A stretch of 63,130 nucleotides of DNA from Acutalibacteraceae bacterium (GTDB lineage: Bacteria > Bacillota > Clostridia > Oscillospirales > Acutalibacteraceae). The stretch covers positions 1 through 63,130 of the forward strand of contig JAZNLE010000101.1 in the NCBI GenBank assembly GCA_045578885.1, read 5' to 3'. The notes under the pieces were generated by a model that was given only the letters and a program-made list of their open reading frames with translations, was not told the DNA's origin and ran no database searches. Shown one piece after another: positions 20,063 to 30,603 of the stretch. The position numbers and the translations under genes are program-made. Positions within the stretch are counted from its first letter, which is position 1. The number at the start of each line of letters is the position of its first letter.

Positions 20063-21474
20063 ACAGTCCCTTTGAAATTAGTAAAATAATTAAAACACAA
20101 ATTGAAAATTACAACACCCGTGTTGATATGAAAGAAACCGGCAAGGTTATCCTTGTCGGCGACGGTATTGCGCGTGTTTACGGCCTTAAAAACTGTATGG
20201 CTAACGAGCTTTTGGAATTTGAGGGGGGAAGCTTCGGTATCGCGCAGAACCTCGAAGAAGAAACCGTTTCGGTTGCTATTCTTTCGGACAAAAACGATAT
20301 CCGCGAGGGTGTTACAGTATCGCGCACAGGCAAAGTTGTATCTGTGCCTGTCGGCGAAAATCTTTTAGGTCGCGTTGTAAATGCTATCGGCGAGCCAATC
20401 GACGGCAAAGGTCCGATTGAATATGCCACAACCCGTCCTATTGAAAACGAAGCGCCCGGAATCATCGAGCGTAAGAGCGTTAGCATACCGCTTCAGACAG
20501 GTAAAACCGAAATTGCGATCGATACCATTATAAATCAGAAAAATACAGGCGTTATCTGTATATATGTAGCAATCGGTCAGAAGTCGACCTCGGTTGCAAA
20601 GCTTGCTAACGAGCTTTTGCAGAACGACGCTATGGACTATACAATAATCGTTTCTGCTACTGCGGCAGAAAGCGCCCCACTTCAGTACATCGCCCCCTAC
20701 AGCGGCTGTGCTATGGCAGAATATTTTAGAGAACAAGGTAAAGATGTTCTTATAATCTATGACGATTTAAGTAAGCACGCTGTGGCTTACCGCGCACTTT
20801 CCTTGCTTGTTCGCCGTCCCCCCGGACGCGAAGCATACCCTGGTGATGTTTTCTACTTGCACTCAAGACTTTTAGAGCGTGCCGCTTGTGTTGACGAAGC
20901 CTATGGCGGCGGTACTATCACTGCACTTCCGATTATCGAAACCCAAGCTGGCGACGTTTCGGCTTATATCCCAACTAATGTAATTTCCATTACCGACGGT
21001 CAGATATTCCTTGAAACCGAACTTTTCCATTCGGGTATTATGCCCGCTATCAACCCTGGTATCTCGGTAAGCCGTGTTGGTGGTTCTGCTCAGCTTAAAG
21101 GTATGAAAAAGGTTGCGGGTGAATTAAAGCTTTTGTATTCACAGTACCGCGAATTGCAGTCATTCGCGCAATTCGGCAGTGACTTGGACGCCGATACCAA
21201 ATCCCGTTTGGCTTTGGGTGAAAGAATTGTTGAAGTATTAAAGCAAAATAAAAACACCCCTATAAGAGTTGGCTGTCAGGTTGCTATCGTTTATGCCGCT
21301 ATCAACCATTATCTCGATTCAACACCTGTTGATAAGGTTAAAGACTACGAAGCCAACCTTTTCGCAAAGCTTGAAAATGCTCACACCGATTGGCTCGGAC
21401 GCATTGAAAACGGTTTCTTTGACGAAGCTGACGAAAACGAGCTTAAAAATATTTTAAGCGGTTTGGAGAAATAA
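20059..21474 (+). CDS. atpA: F0F1 ATP synthase subunit alpha, with a 25-residue in-frame gap at the Walker A region
   Basis: Strongly conserved alpha blocks ([49 protein letters not shown]). It is only 471 aa and reads ...[20 protein letters not shown]. Confidence 0.9.
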   Translation: MNSPFEISKIIKTQIENYNTRVDMKETGKVILVGDGIARVYGLKNCMANELLEFEGGSFGIAQNLEEETVSVAILSDKNDIREGVTVSRTGKVVSVPVGENLLGRVVNAIGEPIDGKGPIEYATTRPIENEAPGIIERKSVSIPLQTGKTEIAIDTIINQKNTGVICIYVAIGQKSTSVAKLANELLQNDAMDYTIIVSATAAESAPLQYIAPYSGCAMAEYFREQGKDVLIIYDDLSKHAVAYRALSLLVRRPPGREAYPGDVFYLHSRLLERAACVDEAYGGGTITALPIIETQAGDVSAYIPTNVISITDGQIFLETELFHSGIMPAINPGISVSRVGGSAQLKGMKKVAGELKLLYSQYRELQSFAQFGSDLDADTKSRLALGERIVEVLKQNKNTPIRVGCQVAIVYAAINHYLDSTPVDKVKDYEANLFAKLENAHTDWLGRIENGFFDEADENELKNILSGLEK

Positions 21475-21477
21475 GCT

Positions 21478-23698
<2,221 letters not shown>

Positions 23699-23699
<1 letters not shown>

Positions 23700-23965
23700 T
23701 GAACACCTTTAAGCTTACCGTTTCCACCCCCGACGGAAATAAATTTGAGGGTGAGGTTGTTAAATTCGATGTTCGCGGAGTTTTGGGCGAGCTTGCCGTT
23801 ATGGCAAAGCATATCCCCTTTGTTACTACGGTAGTAGCAGCGCCTTGCAAAATCGAGTTCGAAGACGGTACGGTAAAAAACGCCACTTCAAACGGCGGAT
23901 TGCTTACTGTCTGTTCCGATAGCACCACCTTCTTTTCAGGCTCATTTAAATTTGACGAAGAATAA
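23699..23965 (+). CDS. atpC: F0F1 ATP synthase subunit epsilon, beta-sandwich domain only (88 aa)
   Basis: Its start overlaps the atpD stop. The sequence matches the N-terminal domain of epsilon. The stop is followed directly by the operon terminator. Confidence 0.8.
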
Positions 23966-23972
23966 TTTTTAT

Positions 23973-24003
23973 GGGAGGGGTTTCCCCTCCCATTTGCTTT
24001 TAT
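23973..24003 (+). terminator. Intrinsic terminator of the atp operon
   Basis: GGGAGGGG-TTT-CCCCTCCC followed by a T-rich tail. Confidence 0.8.
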
Positions 24004-24005
24004 TA

Positions 24006-24034
24006 TTGACAAAACCAACCTTCCGTAATATAAT
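24006..24034 (+). promoter_or_regulatory. Consensus sigma-A promoter upstream of the AraC-like gene
   Basis: TTGACA (24006-24011), 17-nt spacer, TATAAT (24029-24034). Confidence 0.7.
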
Positions 24035-24112
24035 TCAAATACAAAAAGAGCGTGAAGAAAAAAAGAATACTATCAAGAAAGCATAAAACTGGCGATACTT
24101 TCCGTTTTACTA

Positions 24113-24490
24113 TTGCTTTTCAGAAATTATATTATTAAAGATGTGAAAGAATATAATACATCAAATAAGGTTAAGCTGACTAAGAAAATTATCGAATATA
24201 TGAAAAAACATTTCGATAAAGCGTTAACCATTGAAGATATTGAAAAACATTGTTGTTATTCCCGTTTTTACATATCGCGTGCCTTTAAAGAAATTATAGG
24301 CGTTACGATTATGTCATATCTTAACCAAGTACGGACGCAAAAAGCAAAATCTCTATTGCAAAACAGCAATCTTAATATGAGTGAAATTGCATCCCAATGT
24401 GGTTTTGTAAGTCAATCCTATTTCGGAAAAGTTTTCAAACGATATGAAAATATGTCTCCTTTAGAATACAAAAAGAGTGTTCAAAAATAA
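24113..24490 (+). CDS. AraC-family HTH DNA-binding domain protein (no sensor domain; start uncertain)
   Basis: It has the two HTH units of the AraC C-terminal domain (LTIEDIEKHCCYSRFYISRAFKE ... MSEIASQCGFVSQSYFGKVFKR). Only about 125 aa. Confidence 0.65.
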   Translation: MLFRNYIIKDVKEYNTSNKVKLTKKIIEYMKKHFDKALTIEDIEKHCCYSRFYISRAFKEIIGVTIMSYLNQVRTQKAKSLLQNSNLNMSEIASQCGFVSQSYFGKVFKRYENMSPLEYKKSVQK

Positions 24491-24513
24491 TTTTTGAACA
24501 CTCTTTATTTTTT
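24474..24513 (+). terminator. Intrinsic terminator overlapping the AraC-like stop codon
   Basis: 15-bp perfect stem AGAGTGTTCAAAAAT/ATTTTTGAACACTCT followed by TTATTTTTT. Confidence 0.75.
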
Positions 24514-24576
24514 ATCTTATTTGTTCGTCCTTTACAAATACATGCTTTACATTAAATTCTTTATCAAGAATAATAA

Positions 24577-24849
24577 CATCGGCGCGGTAAGCAGAACAAG
24601 GATAACTTCATTTCTGCCGTCCGCAAATTTATGGAGATGGATAAGTTAACGGCTCCGCTCTTAAAAGAACTGATAGAGTGAATTGAAGTCTGCCATATTG
24701 AAGGCGTGGGCAAGAATCGTACACAGCATTTCAAAATTCACTACAAGTTTATAGGATGTATTGCGTTGCCCGAAGTTCCAAAACCGAGACCTGTAAAACT
24801 CAACACACGACAAGGCGTGGCGGTGGAGTATCTGCCGAGCGCTATATAA
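24577..24849 (+). pseudogene. C-terminal remnant of a large serine recombinase (DUF4368-like tail) with an in-frame TGA
   Basis: The frame reads ...NFISAVRKFMEMDKLTAPLLKELIE*IEVCHIEGVGKNRTQHFKIHYKFIGCIALPEV.... This resembles the extreme C-terminus of TnpX/TndX-type recombinases. No catalytic domain lies upstream. Confidence 0.5.
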
Positions 24850-24961
24850 CAAAATAGAGTAGGCCAAAGCATACTCGATACATAAAGGATAACTCATTCT
24901 ACGGATAAAAGAAAATCGAGTGTCCATTTCCAACATTCAAGTTGACTATGAACACTCGATA

Positions 24962-25007
24962 TGGTCCGAGTGACAGGACTTGAACCTGCGGCCTCTTGAC
25001 CCCCAGT
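24962..25007. repeat. attL: 46-bp copy of the 3' part of tRNA-Pro
   Basis: Identical to 63012-63057 (TGGTCCGAGTGACAGGACTTGAACCTGCGGCCTCTTGACCCCCAGT). The sequences diverge immediately outside the repeat. Confidence 0.9.
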
Positions 25008-25137
25008 TAATCAAAAAGCCGTATAAGAAAGCGGTTTTTTAGTGCTATAAGTGAAACAGGTGTGAAACACTAAAAAATACATAAATTCGATATTCTTTCA
25101 TTTACACCGCACTTCTACTAATAAAAAATTCATATTT

Positions 25138-25338
25138 TTATTCTTTAATTTCAGGCAAGCCTTTAATTGAAATCAAAAGCGAGAGTATACCCGAGAGCAG
25201 AGAAGCGGAAACCACAAGCTTCCAATCCACTTCAGATATAACAGCTGATGTGCCGATTGTTGCTACGGCCGTTTCGGCGACCGTCTTAATCGCTCTAACT
25301 CCTGCAGCCTTTAACCATTTTAATACTTTTGTTTTCAT
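25138..25338 (-). CDS. Phage holin (r1t/LL-H-like)
   Basis: 66 aa with 2 TM segments. It has the RAIKTVAETAVATIG ... LLSGILSLLISIKGLPE pattern and RBS AAGGAGG. Last gene before attL. Confidence 0.7.
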   Translation of the reverse strand: MKTKVLKWLKAAGVRAIKTVAETAVATIGTSAVISEVDWKLVVSASLLSGILSLLISIKGLPEIKE

Positions 25339-25350
25339 AATAATTCCTCC

Positions 25351-25572
25351 TTATTTATGAAATGCTTCAAGGTCTTCAATTCTGTGTTCTTCGACCTTGA
25401 TTTTTTCTTCAATCACGGGTATTCTTTCCGCGAAGTTATTATGCTTTTCAACTTTCTTTTCAAGTTGTTCAAGACGATAATTCGTTAATTTTGCGCTTAT
25501 CAAAATACCGCCGAGAGTACCACCAAGTGTACCTACGAGTGATATGAGAGCTACAATAACTGTTTCTGACAT
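25351..25572 (-). CDS. XhlA-like lysis-associated membrane protein
   Basis: 73 aa. N-terminal TM plus a coiled coil (RLEQLEKKVEKH...HRIEDLE). It lies between the endolysin and the holin. Confidence 0.55.
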   Translation of the reverse strand: MSETVIVALISLVGTLGGTLGGILISAKLTNYRLEQLEKKVEKHNNFAERIPVIEEKIKVEEHRIEDLEAFHK

Positions 25573-25573
25573 A

Positions 25574-26491
25574 TCACTTAACCCCCAAAATCTTCTTCCA
25601 GGTGTTAAGACCTACGGCGCCGTCCTGGGTAAGTCCGTGCTTCTTTTGGTACTTAATAACAGCCTTCTTGGTATCAGCGCCGAACTTACCATCGCCTACA
25701 ACACCTACGGCATTCTGAACGATTTTTGTAAGGTTCTGGTATTTGTATGTAATACGCTTTTTGCAAACTGCTTCTTTTGCAACAGCTTCACATTCTTTGC
25801 TCCACTTACCGTTAGCACCGTTCTTTTCAAATTTAAATCCGTCTTTGATAGCTGCTTTCTGCCAAGCGAGAACCTTGTTTTCTTTTTTAGGTTCTTCGGC
25901 TTTTGTAGTTTTCTTTTTAAGTTTAGCTTGCCTTACAATAACTTCAACACAAGCATCTGCTACCTGCTCAGCAAACTTGTACGTCAAGATAATCGGTACA
26001 TCAGTTTTAGAATCCATAAAGCCACACTCAACAAGTACGCAAGGCATATTACTTTCACGGCATTCGTGCAAGTTCTTAGCGCGTGTTCCATCTGCACGGT
26101 TACCCTTAAGACCTGTGTGTTTTATAAGCACTCTGTATAACTCTTCTTGCCAAGCTTTTGTTTCAGTACTTGCTTTGGTATACACATAGGTTTCGAGACC
26201 GCCGCCTGTACCACCGTTAACACCTGCGTTGTGGTGGATTGACAAATAGAAATCTGCGCCGTATTTATTAGCGTTGTCAGTTCTTGTTTTCAAAGCGACA
26301 TCCTTTTTACCTGTCGGGTCATCAAGACGTATAATATCATAGCCGTCATAAGCTGAAAGCTTCATTTCAATCTTCTCACAGATGCGACTGTTAAGGGTCC
26401 ATTCACGAGTTTGATTTTTATCTAACTTTTTAAGACATCTTTTGCCGATAGTGTTTTTGCCGTGTCCTGCATTTAATGCTAATTTAAACAT
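25574..26491 (-). CDS. Endolysin: N-acetylmuramoyl-L-alanine amidase (Amidase_3) with C-terminal PG_binding_1 domain
   Basis: LNAGHGKNT ... DFYLSIHHNAG ... CVLVECGFMD for the amidase. The C-terminal end has GKFGADTKKAVIKYQKKHGLTQDGAVGLNTWKKI. Confidence 0.85.
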   Translation of the reverse strand: MFKLALNAGHGKNTIGKRCLKKLDKNQTREWTLNSRICEKIEMKLSAYDGYDIIRLDDPTGKKDVALKTRTDNANKYGADFYLSIHHNAGVNGGTGGGLETYVYTKASTETKAWQEELYRVLIKHTGLKGNRADGTRAKNLHECRESNMPCVLVECGFMDSKTDVPIILTYKFAEQVADACVEVIVRQAKLKKKTTKAEEPKKENKVLAWQKAAIKDGFKFEKNGANGKWSKECEAVAKEAVCKKRITYKYQNLTKIVQNAVGVVGDGKFGADTKKAVIKYQKKHGLTQDGAVGLNTWKKILGVK

Positions 26492-26503
26492 AATAAATCT
26501 CCT

Positions 26504-28663
26504 TTATCCTATTAATTCAAGTAATTTTCTTAAGCTGTTGCGAGAAATTTTAGTGCCATATATTGAAATGGTTCCATCCTTATAAACTTCAAAAGCATTT
26601 CTTCTTTCGGCGTCGGAAGTTCCGCAACCCAACTCAAAAATAGTATTCGGTTTATTTGCGTTATATGTACCGCATACATATTGGAAATCGGCTGTTGCAA
26701 TGGTGCCCTCACCGTCAGTGTGAGCGCCCTTGCCAATTGTCTTTGTTCTGATGCCGTTTGCACTGCTACAGTCACCGAGCACACAGTCACCAAGCATACA
26801 GTCAGCCAAAATAAACAAATACTTTTTGCCTGCAGATAAAAACCCGTTAATCTGCGACGGATAACCCATAACTTTTATTGTATCGTTATGAGTATCTACT
26901 GCAGTAATCGTACCCGCATTTAATATAAAGTCTTGATTTGTAATGCTTTTAATTGAAATCAACATCCCGTTTTGGAGTCCTTCAACCGAAGAAAGCGATA
27001 TTGTACCTTCGTAAATTATCTCTTCACGGACATCAACTATGTATTCGCCTGCGCCTTCGTCGTCACCCGTCAAATCAAGTGTGCCGTTAGCCGAAGTTAT
27101 TTCGTCACCAAATTTATTGTATGTGGTTGCCGTATAACCTTCCTTAACAGCAAACTTGCCTGCTTCTGCCGTGAAAGACAAAGCGTCTTTACAAGTAGAC
27201 CTATTAGTAAGTATCCATTTTTGTTCAGATGGGATTTTACTTAATGCGCCTGTTGAAGAAGCAAGTGGAACTATCGAAGAATTTATAATTTGAAGTGCGC
27301 CTTCAAGCTTAAGACCTTTATTATAGTTGTCTATAAGCAAATTGATTTTGTTCGCATTTCTGATATCAAAGTTTATATTCTTTTTATAGGTTGTTTTTGC
27401 ATCTTTTGTATCGCCTATATAGAATTTCACTGAATCGCCGGCAATGTTTTCTACAATAGTAGTAACATCGCCATTATATACGGTAGAGCCGTATGTATTG
27501 GATAAAGTTATATCAAAGCCAGATAAGTTACCGTTAAAAGTAACCGTTTGTCCTTCAACCACATTATCCAAGTTCGGTGTACCGTAATACACATACCATA
27601 CTCCAGATACCGATTGCTCATCAAAAGTAATATTATTAGTGCCGAATCTTATTCCCGATGTGCCCGCCAAATATATATTTTTAAACTTCATATCGCCTTT
27701 AAAAGCCGAGTTCGAAGTGGTCGGCAAAGTAATCTTTTTTTGTGTATCATCTGCCGATTGAACAACAACCTTAAAATCGTGTGAAACTCCGTCTTGCCAA
27801 GTAATATCGCCTAAAAGATTTACGATTAGAGTATCGCCCTCGGTAAGACCTGCGGTGATACCTGAAGCAATCGCTTGAGCGATAGCGTTAAACGGATATT
27901 CCTGCGAGCCGTCTTGTTCTTCCGATTCGTTTGCTTTTACATAATAGCTTTTAACCTGACCCGTAGGTTCTTCCGCTTCATTATCAGTAAGTTCTTTGAA
28001 ATCAATATCTTTAATTTCAAAAGCTTTCGTGCCAGCCACGGTTTGAGAACCTTGTGAATGTGAAGAATGTGTAATAGCCTGTGTTCTTGTGCCCTCAGCG
28101 TGTGCTTTTTCACCTAAAGCAATACTGGCTTCTCCTTCAGAATGAGAAGCTCTTCCGATTGATTGCGAACTTTGTCCTTCGGCGTGAGTCGATTCTCCTT
28201 GTGCAAGGGTTTCTCTACCCTCCGCGTGAGCACCGTAGTTACCATTAGCTACTGAATGATTACCTTCGGCGTGAGAAGCGTTACCATTTGCTTGTGTACT
28301 TCTACCCTCTGCGTGAGCATTTTTGCCAGCAATAGTCTGTCTACCCTCGGCGTGTGCACCTGCGTCTAACGCTTGGTTAAGATATTCACCTTCGTAAGCG
28401 TTAAAGATTTCTCCGCCTTCTTCGGTAAACTGACCTACGCCACCACTATTAAACCAAGGTAATTCGTTCCAAGGATGTACCCCGTCTCCGTATTTAATTT
28501 TCTTGTATTTATCTTCGAGACCGTCCCCAGCTTCATAGAGTCCTGTAACTACACCTTTTTCACCAGATAGCAGAATCGGATTAAGCTTTTCCCAACCCAC
28601 ATAGGTATCGTTACGATAAAGGTAAATAACGTCTCCAAACACCTTTACTATTCTATTATTCAT
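26504..28663 (-). CDS. Tail fibre/receptor-binding protein with YadA-head-like xHAEG repeats
   Basis: 719 aa. The N-terminal module (NPILLSGEKG...KYGDGVHPWNELPW) is shared with the next fibre. It has about 9 tandem ..AHAEG.. repeats. RBS AAGGAGG. Confidence 0.7.
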   Translation of the reverse strand: MNNRIVKVFGDVIYLYRNDTYVGWEKLNPILLSGEKGVVTGLYEAGDGLEDKYKKIKYGDGVHPWNELPWFNSGGVGQFTEEGGEIFNAYEGEYLNQALDAGAHAEGRQTIAGKNAHAEGRSTQANGNASHAEGNHSVANGNYGAHAEGRETLAQGESTHAEGQSSQSIGRASHSEGEASIALGEKAHAEGTRTQAITHSSHSQGSQTVAGTKAFEIKDIDFKELTDNEAEEPTGQVKSYYVKANESEEQDGSQEYPFNAIAQAIASGITAGLTEGDTLIVNLLGDITWQDGVSHDFKVVVQSADDTQKKITLPTTSNSAFKGDMKFKNIYLAGTSGIRFGTNNITFDEQSVSGVWYVYYGTPNLDNVVEGQTVTFNGNLSGFDITLSNTYGSTVYNGDVTTIVENIAGDSVKFYIGDTKDAKTTYKKNINFDIRNANKINLLIDNYNKGLKLEGALQIINSSIVPLASSTGALSKIPSEQKWILTNRSTCKDALSFTAEAGKFAVKEGYTATTYNKFGDEITSANGTLDLTGDDEGAGEYIVDVREEIIYEGTISLSSVEGLQNGMLISIKSITNQDFILNAGTITAVDTHNDTIKVMGYPSQINGFLSAGKKYLFILADCMLGDCVLGDCSSANGIRTKTIGKGAHTDGEGTIATADFQYVCGTYNANKPNTIFELGCGTSDAERRNAFEVYKDGTISIYGTKISRNSLRKLLELIG

Positions 28664-28675
28664 ACTTAAACCTCC

Positions 28676-30592
28676 TTAACTTGTACGTCTCCAATAGAAT
28701 TTGTCGCAAAACTCGTCAAGCATTAACGTGGGTGCAACATTAAATGTCATATCTAAGTAAATTGGTTGGTATGTACCATTGTATATTGTGGTAACGCTTT
28801 CTGCACCAATAACATCATCAGCCGTAATAATTCCTGTCTCATAGTTTACTGCTATTAATACTCCTCCGTTCGCATAGTCGCTTGAAGCCATGATACCAAA
28901 AAAACCTGCCGGCATTTGTGTAATACCAAATTTCTCGAAGTTCAGTTTTCCTAAGACAATATGCTCTTTATCAGTAAATGTTTTTTCAGTTACAATACCT
29001 ACTCTTATTCTTATCGTTGTGCCCGACTTTCCAATATACAAACTGCCGCCCACGATCGATGCGCCTGTGTCGGGAGTGAAACACTCTGTAGATAGAATAT
29101 CAGCTGTGTAAATCGACTCATTTCTAAATCCTTTGTCAATACGCTCCCAAGTTCCGCCATATCGTTTTTCAGGGTTGCCTTCAGAGTTGTTTTCAATATA
29201 AACACTTCCTACAGGATATATTTTTTCAAAGTCTCTTTCAGCCATTGCCATAGTGGTTATTCCTGTTTTTGAGATATTGAAAAGTATTGTTCCGTTTCTA
29301 CTCACGGCATAATTTGGGATATTGTTTTTCAATAAGTAATCGTGGCTTGGATGATTTCTGAGTCCACCGTCATATTTAATGCCCGATAATATATGCGCAT
29401 ATTTGTATCGCACCCCGTTTTTGTCTTCATTCACTCCATGACCTTCGGCATCTTGTGTAAAACACATTTTTGGTGCAATACTGCTGTAAAAATCTTCACA
29501 ATGAGTTTGATTAATACCGTGATGTTCTACGTTCATTAAGTCTAAATACCCTATGGTCCCTGCAAGCTTTTCTTGCGCCGCAACATTGATATCCCCAAAG
29601 AAGCCTATTCTTGTTTCACCGAATGTCATAATGCAACAAAGAGAAGTGTTGTTATAATCAACCGTTCCTTCATAATAACTGCTTGTATCACAGTTTCTAA
29701 AATCTAACTTAAGACTTCCAATATTATGAATAGCTCCAACATCTGCCGGGATTTTCTTTTCCAGTCCAAACTTTTCTACAACTGTACTCACTATATTGAT
29801 ATAAGCATCTACATTCGTATAAGTCGTCGGTGGATTTTCTGGCAAAAATATTGTCGCCCCTCTGATATCCAGCTTGTCGCTTAATGGACACACGCTATCA
29901 AGTATTCCCATATCTTCTAGCTCTTGTGTTTTTTTATGAAAGTATGTAAGCAATCCCACATGATCATAATGATAGTGTGTAATATAGATATAATCTATTT
30001 TTTTAACACCAAGTTCATTAAGTGTCTCTATATGAGTTTCTGCTAAATCATAGTCACCGCAATCTATTAAAAGGTTTCTATACTCGCCGTCCACTCGAAT
30101 TTGCATAAGTGCCATAGCCTGTGTATCAACAAGCTTCGTAGTGTCGTGTCGATTAGTTCTGCTATCCAATATATACAATTTTACATTATCGTCAACATAT
30201 TGCTTTATAACCTTATTCGGCACCAAGTTTTCACTGTTGTCAGACATCGCGCCATCAATTACTATATCAATACCAATTTTTTTGCCATTTCCCGAAGCAT
30301 CCCCGCCATCAAAAATAAAAGTAGTTCCCTCACTTAAAGCTGACATTGCCAGCCCCATGAGGTCGGTTTTATCCTTATCGGTCAAACTATAATTTTTGTT
30401 TTCAGGTGTAGTCCAAACAGCAAGTTCCTTCCAAGCATGAACACCGTCGCCTATTTTAAATACTTTCGTTCCATCCTCACAAATAGATATTCCCATTTCG
30501 CCCGAAAGCAAAACAGGATTTAACATTTCCCAATTTTTCGCAGTATCCGTGCGCATCGTATATCTAAGCTCACCATAACACTCTTTTGGCAT
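28676..30592 (-). CDS. Tail fibre paralog carrying an internal metallo-beta-lactamase (ComEC-like) domain
   Basis: N-terminal fibre module (NPVLLSGEMG...KIGDGVHAWKELAVW). The middle has LIDCGD...ITHYHYDHVG...NVEHHGIN. The C-terminal module (PVGSVY..GGTWE...MLDEFCDKFYWRR) is shared with 30604..31872. The start is set at ATG 30592, which has AGGAGG upstream. Confidence 0.7.
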   Translation of the reverse strand: MPKECYGELRYTMRTDTAKNWEMLNPVLLSGEMGISICEDGTKVFKIGDGVHAWKELAVWTTPENKNYSLTDKDKTDLMGLAMSALSEGTTFIFDGGDASGNGKKIGIDIVIDGAMSDNSENLVPNKVIKQYVDDNVKLYILDSRTNRHDTTKLVDTQAMALMQIRVDGEYRNLLIDCGDYDLAETHIETLNELGVKKIDYIYITHYHYDHVGLLTYFHKKTQELEDMGILDSVCPLSDKLDIRGATIFLPENPPTTYTNVDAYINIVSTVVEKFGLEKKIPADVGAIHNIGSLKLDFRNCDTSSYYEGTVDYNNTSLCCIMTFGETRIGFFGDINVAAQEKLAGTIGYLDLMNVEHHGINQTHCEDFYSSIAPKMCFTQDAEGHGVNEDKNGVRYKYAHILSGIKYDGGLRNHPSHDYLLKNNIPNYAVSRNGTILFNISKTGITTMAMAERDFEKIYPVGSVYIENNSEGNPEKRYGGTWERIDKGFRNESIYTADILSTECFTPDTGASIVGGSLYIGKSGTTIRIRVGIVTEKTFTDKEHIVLGKLNFEKFGITQMPAGFFGIMASSDYANGGVLIAVNYETGIITADDVIGAESVTTIYNGTYQPIYLDMTFNVAPTLMLDEFCDKFYWRRTS

Positions 30593-30603
30593 ATTAATTC
30601 CTC

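Noticed and set aside
25544-26189. Plus-strand ORFs 25544..26140 and 25743..26189
   Set aside because: They are shadow frames opposite the endolysin and XhlA genes.
27990-28400. Regular short DNA periodicity that might suggest a CRISPR-like or tandem array
   Set aside because: It is the coding repeat of the xHAEG motif inside an intact 719-aa fibre ORF. There are no spacers or direct repeats of CRISPR type.
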